Below, piece by piece: positions 41,449 through 52,988 of a stretch of 64,000 bases of DNA. Position numbers and translations under genes: made by a program. Every line of letters begins with the position of its first letter. Position 1 is the stretch's first letter. The stretch spans positions 224,001 to 288,000 of the forward strand of contig CAVWWD010000004.1 of NCBI GenBank assembly GCA_963758635.1, in the 5' to 3' direction. The notes beneath the pieces were generated by a model. That model saw nothing but the letters and a program-made list of their open reading frames with translations, was not told the DNA's origin and made no database searches. The DNA is from an uncultured Candidatus Rokubacteria bacterium (GTDB lineage Bacteria > Methylomirabilota > Methylomirabilia > Rokubacteriales > CSP1-6).

Positions 41449-42444
41449 ATGGCCAAGCTCAAGTTCGGCGCCTGGATCCCGACGTACGCGTGGGCGGACG
41501 GCGGCGGCGGCGCCGAGAACGTGCCGCGCATCGCCGAGTCGATCCGGAAGTGCGAGGAGCACGGGATCGACGTCTGGGTGATCGACCACCTGCTGTCCGC
41601 CCCCGGCCTCTACGGCAACGCGTGGCTGGAGCCCCTGGGCGTGCTCTCCTACGCGGCGGCGCTCACCTCGCGGGTGAAGATCGCCACCGGGATCCTGGTG
41701 CTCCCGGTCCGGCATCCCGTCATGCTCGCCAAGGAGCTGTCCACGCTCTGCCATCTCTCGGGGGAGCGGTACATGTTCGGCGTCGGGCCGGGCTGGTACG
41801 CGCGGGAGTACGAGGTGACGGGCTCGCGCATCGAGGAGCGCGGCAAGCGGACGGACGAGATCATCGACGCCGTCCGGCTGCTCCTGACCGAGCCCCACGC
41901 GAGCTACCACGGCCGCTTCTACCAGTTCGACAACGTCACCATCGACCCGCGGCCGGCGCGGCTGCCGGACATGTGGGTGTCGGGCGGCTCGCGCGTCCCC
42001 GATCCCGGCGAGCACGACGTGCCGGTGATCGCCACCACCGTGATGGATCGCATCGTGAAGGCGGGGAACTGGCTCTCGCGCTGCTCGGGCACGCAGGAGT
42101 GGGTCAAGCGCGACTGGGGACAGCTCCAGGAGCACGCCCGGGCGAAGGGGCGGGACCGGAAGACGCTCACCTTCGGGCACTGCAACTTCACGCACCTCGT
42201 GGACACGGGGAGCCACGACCGGGCGCTCGAGGCGTCGCGGGCGCCGTTCATGCGCGCGATGGGCAGCCACCGCTCGTGGGACCATCTGCAGGAGTGCTAC
42301 ATGATCGGCGGCATCGACCGGATCAACGCGCGCATCGCCGACCTGGTCGGCGCGGGGCTCGAGTACCTGGTGCTGGGCCCGGTGACCGACGACCCCGCCC
42401 AGATCGACCTGATGGCGCGTCACGTCCTGCCGAACTTCGCGTAG
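41449..42444 (+). CDS. LLM-class flavin-dependent oxidoreductase
   Basis: VWVIDH, LEPL, TGILVLPVRHP, GVGPGW and RGKRTDE motifs; AGGAG RBS. Confidence 0.9.
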   Translation: MAKLKFGAWIPTYAWADGGGGAENVPRIAESIRKCEEHGIDVWVIDHLLSAPGLYGNAWLEPLGVLSYAAALTSRVKIATGILVLPVRHPVMLAKELSTLCHLSGERYMFGVGPGWYAREYEVTGSRIEERGKRTDEIIDAVRLLLTEPHASYHGRFYQFDNVTIDPRPARLPDMWVSGGSRVPDPGEHDVPVIATTVMDRIVKAGNWLSRCSGTQEWVKRDWGQLQEHARAKGRDRKTLTFGHCNFTHLVDTGSHDRALEASRAPFMRAMGSHRSWDHLQECYMIGGIDRINARIADLVGAGLEYLVLGPVTDDPAQIDLMARHVLPNFA

Positions 42445-42459
42445 CCGGGAGGAGAGGTC

Positions 42460-42932
42460 ATGCGTCGACTGATCGCGCTCGTCCTCGCCGTCACGTTGAC
42501 CGCCGTCGTCCTCGGTCGAAGCCCGCGGAAGCCGGCCATCACGCGGTGGCCGTGGGCGTCGCCGCCACCGTCGGGTTCGTGCTCGCGGCGCCCTTCCTGC
42601 TGCTGGGCGCCGTCCTCGCGCCGCTCGTGCCGCCGCCGATCCCCTATCGGCCCGCCGTGGTCGTGGCCCGGCCCGTGGTCGTGCCGCGGCCGGTGTACGC
42701 GGCGCCGGCCGGAGCCGTGACCGTGACGCGTCCGGCGCCCGCGATGCCGGCGGGAACCGTGGCGGTCGCGCCGGCGCGCGCGGCCTCGGCCCTGCCCGCG
42801 TCCATCCAGACCACGGTCGTGTATCCCCACGGGCGCTACGAGCTGCGCGGCGACGGCGTCCGTGCCGCGTACCACTGGGTGTGGATCCCCAACGCGCCCG
42901 CGGCCCCGGTCGTCGCCGCGTCCGCTCCGTAG
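42460..42932 (+). CDS. Small exported Pro/Val-rich hypothetical protein; frameshift near 42520-42540
   Basis: GAGG RBS and signal-like start; the other frame gives a TM segment, a Pro-rich linker and VVYPHGRYELRGDGV...HWVWIP. Confidence 0.6.
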
Positions 42933-42959
42933 CCGGGCTCGCGCGGAGGAGGACGGCGC

Positions 42960-45444
42960 ATGCCCACCGCGAGCGACTTCGAGAAGCTGGGCGTCTTCTA
43001 TCTCGGGCGCCCCCATGACCTGCGCGCGGGCAAGAGCCGCGGCGACGAGCCCTTGCTCTACGACGCCAAGGACCTCGTCACCCACGCGGTCTGCGTGGGC
43101 ATGACGGGCAGCGGGAAGACCGGCCTCTGCCTCTCGCTGCTCGAGGAGGCCGCGCTCGACGGCGTCCCCGCCATCGCGATCGACCCGAAGGGCGACCTGC
43201 CCAACCTGCTGCTGACGTTCCCCGACCTCTCGCCGGGGGACTTCGCGCCCTGGATCAACGAGGACGACGCCCGCAGGAAGGGCCTGACGCCCGAGGCGTA
43301 CGCCGCGCAGCAGGCGGAGCTGTGGCGCACCGGGCTCGGTCGATGGGGGCAGGACGGCGAGCGCATCCGCCGGCTCCGCGCGGCCGCGGACTTCGCGATC
43401 TACACTCCGGGCAGCACGGCGGGCCTGCCGCTGTCGATCGTGGCCTCCTTCGCGTGCCCGCCCGCGGCGGTGCGCGAGGACGCCGAGCTCCTGCGCGAGC
43501 GCGTGGCCACCACCGCCACCAGCCTCCTCGGCCTCGCCGGCGTCGACGCCGACCCGCTGAAGAGCCGCGAGCACGTGCTCGTGTCGACGCTCCTGGACAC
43601 GGCCTGGCGCGCCGGGCGCAACCTCGACATCCCGACCCTCATCCAGGAGATCCAGTCGCCGCCGATGAGCCGCGTCGGCGTGCTCGACCTCGAGTCGTTC
43701 TTCCCGTCGCGAGCGCGCTTCGAGCTGGCCATGGCCGTCAACAACCTGCTCGCCGCGCCCGGGTTCGGGGCGTGGATGGAGGGCGAGCCGCTCGACGTGG
43801 CCCGGCTCCTGCGCACGCCGGAGGGCAAGCCGCGCGTGGCGATCGTGTCGATCGCCCACCTGTCGGACGCCGAGCGCATGTTCTTCGTGTCCCTCCTCCT
43901 CAACGAGGTGCTGGGCTGGATGCGCGCCCAGTCGGGCACGACGAGCCTCCGCGCCATCCTCTACATGGACGAGATCTTCGGCTACTTCCCGCCGGTGGCG
44001 AACCCGCCGTCGAAGACGCCGCTCCTCACGCTCCTGAAGCAGGCGCGCGCCTTCGGGCTCGGCGTGGTCCTGGCCACCCAGAACCCCGTGGACCTCGACT
44101 ACAAGGGGCTCTCCAACGCCGGCACCTGGTTCATCGGCCGGCTGCAGACCGAGCGCGACAAGGCCCGCGTCCTCGAGGGGCTCGAGGGCGCCGCGGCGGG
44201 CGCCACCGGCTTCGACCGCCAGGCGATGGAGGCCACCATCGCCGGCCTCGGCAATCGCGTGTTCCTCATGCACGACGTGCACGAGGACGGCCCCGTGGTG
44301 TTCGAGACGCGGTGGGCCATGTCCTATCTGCGGGGCCCGCTCACCCGCGACCCAGATCAAGACCCTGACCGATCCGCGCCGGGCCGCTCCGCCGGACCGC
44401 CCCGCGGCGGCCGCCGCGCCCGTGCCGGCGGCGGCCCGCGAGCGCGGCCGCCCGCGCCACGGCCGCGGGCCCGTCGGCCGCGTCCGCCGCCGCCCGGCCG
44501 GTGTTGCCGCCCGAGATCCCGCAGCACTTCGTGCCCGTGCGCGGCGCGCCGCCGGCGGGGGCGGCGCTCGTCTACGAGCCGATGCTGCTCGGCGCGGCCT
44601 CGGTGCGCTTCGCGGACCGGAAGACGGGTGTGGACGTGACGCGCGAGTGCGTCGTGCTGGCGCGGCTCGGCGCCGGCGCGGTCGGCGGCGAGCTGGGACG
44701 ACGCGGTCGAGACGACGGTGCCGCTGGACGACCTCGAGGCGGCGCCTGCAGGCGGGCGCGGCGTTCGCGGAGGTGCCGGCGGCGGCGGCGAAGAAGGCGT
44801 CCTACGCGGCGTGGAGCAGGGACCTCGCGGGCTGGCTCTATCGCACGCAGAAGGTCGAGCTCCTCCGCAGCGCGCGGACAAGCTCGTGTCGAGGGCCGAC
44901 GAGAGCGAGGGCGACTTCCGCGCCCGCCTGCACGAGGCGACGCGCGCCGCGCGCGACGCCGTGGCCGACAAGCTCAAGGTCAAGTACGCGCCGAAGGTGG
45001 CCGCGCTGCAGGAGCGCATCCGCCGCGCCGAGCAGGCGCGCGAGCGGGAGTCCGAGCAGGTGACCCAGCAGGGGCTCCAGGCCGCGATCTCCGTGGGCGC
45101 CACGCTGATCGGCGCGCTGCTCGGCCGGAAGGCCGCCACCGCCTCCACGCTCGGCCGCGCCACCACGGCCGCGCGCGGCGCCGGGCGCGTGCTCAAGGAG
45201 CGGCAGGACGCCACGCGCGCCCAGGAAAGCCTGGAGGCGCTCCAGGCCCAGCTCGCCGCGCTCGACGGAGCAGTTCAAGGCCGATCTCGACAAGGTGGCG
45301 GGCGGGGCCGACCCGCTCACCGCGCCGCTCGAGACGGTGAGCCTGTCGCCCACCAAGCAGAACATCGCGGTGAAGCTGGTGGCGCTCGCCTGGGTCCCCG
45401 TCTGGCGTGACGCCGCCGGAGCGGTGACGCCAGCCTGGAGCTGA
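42960..45444 (+). CDS. HerA/FtsK-like P-loop ATPase (DUF87/DUF853-like) with coiled-coil C-terminus; several frameshifts after 44350
   Basis: [32 protein letters not shown] and IGRLQTERD motifs; coiled-coil ORF 44718..45410; ends VALAWVPVW...AWS*. Confidence 0.85.
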
Positions 45445-45449
45445 CGCGC

Positions 45450-46144
45450 AAGCCGCTCGGTGCGATCCCGCGCCGCCGCGCCTGGCCGCGGGCGTCGCGC
45501 TCCTCTGCCTGGGCTGCGCCGGTCCCGGGCCAGGTCGCCGTCGAGCCGGCGCTCGCGCGGCGGCCGGGCGAGGCGACGGTCACCGTTCACGTCGTGAGCC
45601 ACGGCTGGCACACGGGCATCGTGCTCGCGCGCGCCGACATCCCGACGGGCGAGCTGGCCCGAGCAGGCTCGATTCCCGGCGGCCCGATTCCTCGAGGTGG
45701 GCTGGGGCGATCGCGCGTTCTACGAGACGCCGGACGCGGGCGATGGCTGGCGATCAAGGCGGCGTTCGGATCTGAGCGGAGCGCGCTCCACGTCGCGGGC
45801 TTCGACCGCGCGCCGGCCGCCGAGTTCGCCGGGGCCGAGCTGTCGCCCTCGAGCTGTTCGCGACGGGGATGGACGCGCTCGCGCGCTTCGTCTCGGCGAC
45901 GTACGCGCGCGACCCCGCGGGCGAGCCGATCGAGGCCGGGCCCGGGACTCGCGCCGCTGAGCCGCTTCTACGCGGCCACCCGCCGGTACTCGATCTGTCC
46001 TACACGTGCAACAGCTGGGTCGCCGAGGCCCTCCACGCCGCCGGCTGTCCGGCCCCGTGGTCCTGGCCCGTCACGGCGGGTGGGGTGCTCGACCAGGCGC
46101 GGCGCTGCGGGGCGCTCGGGCGGATGCGGGGCGGGCCTGGCTGA
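45450..46144 (+). CDS. DUF2459-like protein, multiply frameshifted; start uncertain
   Basis: Fragments VSHGWHTGIV, EVGWGDRAFY, SALHV and YTCNSWVAEAL. Confidence 0.65.
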
Positions 46145-46193
46145 GCGCGGAGCTAGCGGAGCGGCGGGCGACCGGGGGCGGTGGTTTCTAATT

Positions 46194-46240
46194 CATTTCC
46201 ATATACGCTCGCCTCGCCTGCGGCTCGGCTCGCAAACCTA
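46194..46240 (+). repeat. Dispersed intergenic repeat family A, copy 3
   Basis: Core GCTCGCCTCGCCTGCGGCTCGGCTCGC shared with 37444-37490 and 19872-19913. Confidence 0.7.
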
Positions 46241-47035
46241 GGTAGCCTCGTCGAGCTGCTGGGGCGGCGGGCCGCCGTCGATGACGATGGTCTCGCCGTT
46301 CAGGAAGCTCGACGCGTCGGAGGCGAGGAACACGCAGGGGTAGGCGATCTCCTCGACCTTCCCCCAGCGTCCGATGCCCACGCGGGCCGCGACCGAGTCG
46401 TAGACGCGCTGGGCGTCGGGGTTGGTGCGGTGGAGCACCTCGAGGTAGCCCTCGGTCTCCACCGGCCCCGGCGCGATGCAGTTCACGCGGATGCCCTTCC
46501 GGCCCCACGCGGTGGCGAGCGACGTGGTGAGGTTCATGACCGCGGCCTTGGACGCCCCGTAGTGCGACATCATCACGGCGCCCCGCACCCCCGCCGTGGA
46601 GGCGATGTTGATGATGACGCCCCGGCCGCGCGGGAGCATGTGCCGCGCCGCCCACTTCGAGCCGAAGAAGACGCCGTTCAGGTTGATCTGCACCACGGTG
46701 TTCCAGCCATTCGGCGTGATGTCCTCCGGGTTCGCGCGGAAGGACGCGCCCGCGTTGTTGACCATCACGTCGAGCTGGCCCATGTCGCGGACGGTGCGCG
46801 CGACCAGCTCCTTCACCGCGTCCTCCTGGCGCACGTCCACCGCCATCGCGAACGCGCGCCGGCCGAGCTTCTTCACCTCGGCCACGGTGGGCTCGAGGTG
46901 CTCGATCTTGCGGCTGGCGATGACCACGTCCGCTCCCGCGCGCGCGAACTCCACGGAGATCGACCGGCCGATGCCGACGCCTCCGCCGGTGACGATGGCG
47001 ACCCGACCTTCCAGCGAGAACGGCGACGATGCCAT
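46238..47035 (-). CDS. Short-chain dehydrogenase/reductase
   Basis: TGGGVGIG, NNAG, YGASK and IRVNCIAPG motifs. Confidence 0.95.
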   Translation of the reverse strand: MASSPFSLEGRVAIVTGGGVGIGRSISVEFARAGADVVIASRKIEHLEPTVAEVKKLGRRAFAMAVDVRQEDAVKELVARTVRDMGQLDVMVNNAGASFRANPEDITPNGWNTVVQINLNGVFFGSKWAARHMLPRGRGVIINIASTAGVRGAVMMSHYGASKAAVMNLTTSLATAWGRKGIRVNCIAPGPVETEGYLEVLHRTNPDAQRVYDSVAARVGIGRWGKVEEIAYPCVFLASDASSFLNGETIVIDGGPPPQQLDEAT

Positions 47036-47059
47036 GGGCGAGCTCTCCTCGTGATGGGG

Positions 47060-47909
47060 TTATACTCCGCGGGTCCGCGGGGTCAGGCCGGCGGGCGGCG
47101 GGCTCTCGAAGCGCGCGGGGCGGCCCGTCGTGGGATGCACGAACCCCAGGCGCGTGGCGTGGAGCCAGAGCCGGCGCTCGCGGCGCCCGCCGTGCTCCAG
47201 GTCGCCGGCGATGGGGTGGCCGAGCGCGGCGAGCTGCACGCGGATCTGCCGCCGCCGGCCGGTGCCGAGGTCCAGCGCGACGAGCGTGCGCTCGGCGCGG
47301 CGCTCGAGCACGCGATAGCGCGTGATCGCCTCCCGCGCGCCCTTCTCCCGCGGGCGCGCCGCCCGGACGCGCACGCCGCGGTCGGTGATGACGGGCATGG
47401 TCAGCGTGCCCGCGTCCGCGCGCACGAGCCCCTCCACGAGCGCCACGTAGCCGCGCTCGACGCTCCTCGCCTCGAACTGCGCCTGCAGCCGCCGCTTCGC
47501 CGCGACCGACTTGGCGATGACGAGCAGGCCCGAACGTCTCCCGGTCGAGGCGGTGGACGGCGAACGGGCGCCGCGGCGGGCTCGCGCCCGCGAGGTACGT
47601 CCACACCAGGCGGTAGGCGGTGCGGTCGCGCTCTCGCTCGGTGGCGATCGTCAGGAGGCCGACGGGCTTGTCGACCACGAGGAGGTCGCCGTCCTCGTAG
47701 AGGATCGGCAGCCCGGGCGGGGGAAGGTTCGGCGGCGTGCCCAGCGTGACGCGGCTCCGCGGCGCGACGGCCACGCGCCCGTCGCGCGCGACCTGCCCGT
47801 CCACGCGCACGCGCCTCGCGGCGAGCCATCGCTTGAGGCTGGTGTGCGAGGCCTCGGGAAAGAGCTCGCGGAGACGGTCGATCAGCGTGGTGCGATCTCC
47901 TCGCCCCAC
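47060..47909 (-). CDS. RluA-family pseudouridine synthase; frameshift near 47530
   Basis: S4-like start; ILYEDGDLLVVDKPVGL, HRLDRET, TGRRRQIRVQL, GHPIAGD and LWLHA motifs. Confidence 0.88.
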
Positions 47910-48919
47910 GGCTCCATGGCGGGGCGAAGCGGGGTGAACTCGCGCACGCGGCCCGCGACGCCGGCGAGGATGCCGTCGATCTTCGCCCGCTCCTCCGCGG
48001 TGAGGTCCATGTCCGCGCCGGCGTCGTTGGCGTCCACCTCGGCGGGCGTGCGGGCGCCGACCAGCGCGGTGCTCACCGCGGGGTGCCCGAGCACCCAGGC
48101 CAGCGCGATCTGGGAGAGCGGCACGCCGCGCGGCACGGCCACCTCGGCGCGCAGGCGGTCCACCACGCGGAGGTTCGCGCGGAAGTTCTCGGCGCGGAAG
48201 ATGGGCTGGCCGAAGGCCACGCCGTTGCCGCGCCAGTCGCGCGCGGGATCGAAGGTCGTCGCGGCGGTGAAGGCGCCGGTCAGGAGGCCGTGGCCGAGCG
48301 AGCCGTAGCCCATCACGCCGATGCCCTGCTCCAGGCACAGGGGAAACGTCTCCTGCTCCTGGCGGCGGTCGAGCATGTGGTAGCCCACCTGCGACACGTC
48401 CACGCGGCGCGTGCGCAGGCACTCGGCCATCATGGCGCCGGTGAAGTTGGAGACGCCGACGAAGCGCGCGCGTCCGGAGGCCACGACCTCCTCGAGCGCC
48501 CGCATGCTCTCGTCGAAGGGCGTCTGCGCGTCCGGCCAGTGGACCAGCAGCACGTCGACCCAGTCGGTGCGCAGGCGCTTCAGGCTGGCGTCGATCTCGC
48601 GGAGGATGTTCGCGCGCGTCGCGTCGCGCAGGGGACCGACCTGGCCGGGAGGCGCCGCCTTCACCCCGCACTTCGTGACGAGGATCACGTCGCGGCGACG
48701 GCCCTCGAGGGCGCGCGCCACCACGTCCTCGGAGTGACCGGCGCCGTAGGCGGGAGCGGTGTCCACGCAGTTCACGCCCTTCTCGAGCGCGCGATGGATG
48801 GCCTTCACGGCCTCGTCGTCCTCGATCGCGCCGTAGCGGTCGCCGGCCATCGGCCAGCAGCCGAAGCCCACCACCGACACCGACAGCCCCGTCCGTCCGA
48901 ATGGGCGATAGCGCATCAC
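47882..48919 (-). CDS. Aldo/keto reductase
   Basis: GFGCW, DTAPAYG, VTK, SLKRLRTDWVDVLLVHWP and GVSNF motifs. Confidence 0.95.
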   Translation of the reverse strand: MMRYRPFGRTGLSVSVVGFGCWPMAGDRYGAIEDDEAVKAIHRALEKGVNCVDTAPAYGAGHSEDVVARALEGRRRDVILVTKCGVKAAPPGQVGPLRDATRANILREIDASLKRLRTDWVDVLLVHWPDAQTPFDESMRALEEVVASGRARFVGVSNFTGAMMAECLRTRRVDVSQVGYHMLDRRQEQETFPLCLEQGIGVMGYGSLGHGLLTGAFTAATTFDPARDWRGNGVAFGQPIFRAENFRANLRVVDRLRAEVAVPRGVPLSQIALAWVLGHPAVSTALVGARTPAEVDANDAGADMDLTAEERAKIDGILAGVAGRVREFTPLRPAMEPWGEEIAPR

Positions 48920-48984
48920 GAACCCCCGTGGAGAGATCTCGGCGCCGCTGGCCGCGCGAGCGCCCGATCAGGAGGATAGCAGCT

Positions 48985-51481
48985 TCACTCGCCGCGGAGG
49001 ACGGCCAGCGGCGCGCGCCCGAGGAGGCGGAAGCTGCCGAGGAAGCCCACGCCGACGGCCGCGACGGCGGACAGGAGCACGCCCGCGGCCAGGGTGACGG
49101 GCTGCCACGCCCACGGCACCTCGAGCACGAAGCGCCCCACGCCGGCGGCGAGGACGGCGGCCAGCGCGGTGCCGGCGAGGCCGGCGGCCACGCCGAGGAG
49201 CGCGTACTCCACGGCGAACATGCGCGCGATGGCCCCGCGCGTGGCGCCCACCGCCTTCAGGAGCACGGACTGGTAGAGCCGCTCCGCCCGCGTGACGGCG
49301 AGGGCGCCCGCCACCACCACCAGGCTTGCCAGGAGCGTGACGGCGGCGACCAGGCGCACCGCGAACACGATCTGGTCCACCATGCCGGTCACGCGCTCCA
49401 GCACCTCGCGAACCGGGATGGCCGTCACGTTGGGGAGCGCCGACGTCACCTGCGACTGCACCCGCGCCTCGTCGCCGGGACTCACGCGCGCGGTGGCGAT
49501 GTAGGTCGCGGGCGCGCCGTCCAGGGCGCCCGGCGAGAAGATCACGAAGAAGTTCGCGGAGAACGTGCGCCAGTCGACGCGCCGGAGGCTCTCGATCCGC
49601 GCCGTCACCGGCACGCCGAGCACGTCGAACGTGAGGGCGTCGCCCAGGCCCACGCCGAGGGACTTCGCGATCTCCTCCTCCACGGAGATCAAGGGCTCGC
49701 GGCGGGCCTCCTCGGCGGTCCACCAGCGGCCAGCCACCACGACGTTGTCGCCGGGCGGGGCGGCGGCCCACGTGAGCACGTACTGGCGGGTGAGGTGCCA
49801 TTGCTCGTCGCGCCGCCCGCGGTCCGCCTCGACGGGCACGCCCTTGACCGCGGCCAGCCGCGAGCGCACCACCGGGATCAACGTGGGCGCTGCCCCGCTC
49901 GTCTCCCGCACGATGCGGCCGAAGTCGTCCACCTGGTCGGGCTGCAGGTCGATGAAGAAGAACGCGGGCGCGCGCTGCGCCCGCGCGGCGACCAGGTCCC
50001 CCCGCAGGTTGGCCTCGAGGATGGCCACCGCCATCACGAGCATCACGGCGAGGCCGAGGGTGACGAGGATCGCGCCGGCGCGGCTGCCGGGCCGGTGGAG
50101 GTTGGCGAGGCCCTGACGCCAGGCGAGCGGGCCGCGCCCCCGCGGCACGCGGCGGGCCAGACGCAGCGCGAGGCGCGCCGCGCCCCACAGCAGGAGGAGG
50201 CCGCCCGCGAACCCGCCCACGAAGAGCGCGCCCACCTTGAGCGAGCCCGCCTGCCAGAACGCGAGCGCGGCGAGCCCCGCGGCGATGGGCAGCGCGACGA
50301 GGCGCTCGCGCGCCGCGGGGCGTCGCGGCTCCGTGTCGCGACGGAGGATGAAGGCGGCCCCGACGCGGCGCACCTCGAGGAGCGGCCAGAGGGCGGCCAG
50401 CACGGTCACGCCCAGCCCCATGGCGAGGCCGCGCAGGACCGCGCCCGGCGCGATCGAGGGCGTGAGGGGAAGCGGCATCAGCGTGCCGGCGAGCCGGGCG
50501 AGGATCGGGACGAGGGCGGCGCCGAGCGCGGCGCCGGCCAGGCTTCCCGCGAGCCCGAGCGCGCCCGTCTGCACCAGGTACACGGCGAGGATCCGGCGCC
50601 ACTCGGCGCCGAGGCACTTGAGGATGGCGATGGTGGCGAGCTTGCCTCGCACGAACGCGCCCACGCTCACCGCCACGCCGATGCCCCCCACGAGGAGCGC
50701 GACGAGCCCGGCGAGGCCCAGGTACGTGGTGAGCTGGTCCCAGAACCGCCGGAGGCCCGGCTGGGCCTGGCGAAACGTCGTGATGCGGAGCGCGGGGTCG
50801 GGGAGCGCGGCGGCGAGCCGATCGCGGAGGTCCTGGGCGTCGCCGCCGGGAGCGAGGCGCAGCAGGGTCCGGTACCGCACCCGGCTGCCCGGCTGCACGA
50901 GCCCGGTGCGCGCGAGGTCGCCGGCCGTCACGAGCACGCGCGGCCCGAGCGAGAAGACGCCGGCCGTCCGATCGGGCTCCACCACGATGCGCCCAGAGAC
51001 GGTGACCTCCGCGTCGCCGATGCGCATTCGGTCACCCACGGCGAGGCCGAGGCGCAGCAGCAGCGACTCGTGGACGAGGACGCGGCCCTCGCCGAGGAGG
51101 GACGCGAGGGGCCCGGGCGGGATCGGTGACCGGCGCGCCGTGGAGCGGGTAGCCGGGGCCCACGGCCTTCAGCTCCACGAGCTGGCTCCGCTCGCCGGCG
51201 CGCGCCATGCCCACCAGCTCCATCACCGAGGCGCGCTCGACCGCCGGGCCGGCGGCGTCGCGAAGCGCGGTCTCGGCGGCGGCGGAGAGCGGCTGGGTGG
51301 AGCGGACCTCAACGTCGCCGCCCATGAGCGCGCGCGCCGAGCCGGCCACCGTGCGCTCCACGCTGCCGCCGAGCCCGGCCACCGCGACCAGGGCGGCCAC
51401 GCCGAGCGACACGCACGCGGCGAGATACGCGAAGTGGCGGCCCGCCCCGCGGGTCTCCCGCCAGGCCATGCGCAGGATCAC
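48985..51481 (-). CDS. ABC transporter permease, YbbP/FtsX-like; frameshift near 51100
   Basis: [38 protein letters not shown] and LKAVGA motifs. Confidence 0.9.
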
Positions 51482-52167
51482 GCGCGCGTCCCGTTGCCCG
51501 CCGCGACGTCGGCGGTCACGCGTCCGTCGCGGAGGGTGATGGTGCGGTCGGCGTGCGCGGCGAGGCTCGGGTCGTGGGTGACGAGCACGAGCGTGCTGCC
51601 GAGCGATCGGTTCTGCTCGACGAGCAGCTCGACGATCTGGGCGCCGGTGGCGGAGTCCAGGTTCCCGGTGGGCTCGTCGGCGAGGAGGACGGGCGGCCGC
51701 CGCGCCACCGCGCGCGCCACCGCCACGCGCTGCTGCTCGCCCCCCGAGAGCTGGACCGGATAGTGCTCGGCGCGGGCGGCCAGCCCGACCTCGGCGAGGA
51801 GCGCGGCGGCGCGCTCGAGGGCGCGCGGCTCGCCCGCCAGCTCGAGCGGCAACGCCACGTTCTCGAGAGCGGTGAGCGTGGGCACGAGGTGGAAGGCCTG
51901 GAACACGTAGCCGATCGCGTCGCGCCGGAAGCGCGCGAGGCCGTCCTCGCTGAGGCGTTCGAGCGCCACGCCGGCCACGGTGATCGATCCCGCGGTGGGC
52001 CGGTCGAGCCCCGCGATGAGGCCGAGCAGCGTGGACTTGCCGCTGCCCGACGGGCCGGAGATGGCGACGAACTGGCGCGCGGGGATCGACAGCGACACGC
52101 CGTCGAGCACATCCACGGGGCGGCCTCCGCTGACGAGCCGCATCGAGAGGCCGCGCACCTCGATCAT
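51478..52167 (-). CDS. ABC transporter ATP-binding protein (YbbA/LolD-like)
   Basis: [27 protein letters not shown] and VTHD motifs. The start at 52167 lies 7 nt after TAGCAT (alternative start 52176). Confidence 0.93.
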   Translation of the reverse strand: MIEVRGLSMRLVSGGRPVDVLDGVSLSIPARQFVAISGPSGSGKSTLLGLIAGLDRPTAGSITVAGVALERLSEDGLARFRRDAIGYVFQAFHLVPTLTALENVALPLELAGEPRALERAAALLAEVGLAARAEHYPVQLSGGEQQRVAVARAVARRPPVLLADEPTGNLDSATGAQIVELLVEQNRSLGSTLVLVTHDPSLAAHADRTITLRDGRVTADVAAGNGTRA

Positions 52168-52345
52168 CGGAGCCATGCTACACGACGGGTCGAGGGTGAC
52201 GCGGGGAGGTCAGGCGGCGAGCGGCCAGTTCGCGTACAGGGCCTCGGCTTGGCCCATCACCGCCGCGACGAGCGGATCGAAGTCAATGCGCTCCCGTCAC
52301 GGCAGCCTACGGCCGGCCGAGGATCGTGGCTCAGAACGCTCCGCG

Positions 52346-52834
52346 TCAGTCGGTTCGCCGGTAGCGGGCCGTCATGAAGTGCCGCCATACGCCGTCCCTG
52401 CCCAGGACGCTCGACTTGAGCACGCGATGATCGTCGCTCTCGAGCTCGATGGCGTCCCGGTACTTCGCCATCGTGCCATCACCCTCCATCGACGGGCCCT
52501 CAGCCTCCAGGGTCAGCACTCGGCCACCGTCGTCGAGGCTGCCGTCGTAGATCCACAGGTGGGTCATCATGGAGCCGATCCAGGTGCCAACGAAGCGCTG
52601 TCGTTGCGGGTCGTAGCCGAGCGTCATGATCATCGTGGCGGTTCCCCCGCCGGGCATCTCGCCTTGGCCCTCGGCCACGATCCAGAGGTCCCCGATGGAA
52701 CGCACACGCTCCGCGCCCCGGCACGTGTCGGCGGCCTTGTCGGGCTCCCCCGTCATCTCGGCCTCCGAGGTCCACTTTCCCACCATTCTCTGCAGCCAGC
52801 GGTGCTCCGTCTGCGGTTCGACGTTCGGCATCAA
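52346..52834 (-). CDS. DUF1579 family protein
   Basis: EHRWLQRMVGKW, TLGYDP and FVGTWIGSM motifs. Confidence 0.88.
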   Translation of the reverse strand: MMPNVEPQTEHRWLQRMVGKWTSEAEMTGEPDKAADTCRGAERVRSIGDLWIVAEGQGEMPGGGTATMIMTLGYDPQRQRFVGTWIGSMMTHLWIYDGSLDDGGRVLTLEAEGPSMEGDGTMAKYRDAIELESDDHRVLKSSVLGRDGVWRHFMTARYRRTD

Positions 52835-52885
52835 GGCGTTTCTCCTTCTCTTCGCGGGTTCCAGGGTCGTGATGCTCCCCTATGA

Positions 52886-52912
52886 GTCGTCCGGCGCCCG
52901 GCAAATTCGACA
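52886..52912 (-). promoter_or_regulatory. Candidate ECF42-type sigma promoter
   Basis: Minus strand TGTCGAA-N16-CGAC, about 50 nt upstream of the DUF1579 gene. Confidence 0.5.
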
Positions 52913-52988
52913 TGCAGGGGAGCGCACCCACTTCTTCACGTCCGGCCGTCCCGAGCACACGGGCGGCCACCGGCGAGCCACCACGCCA

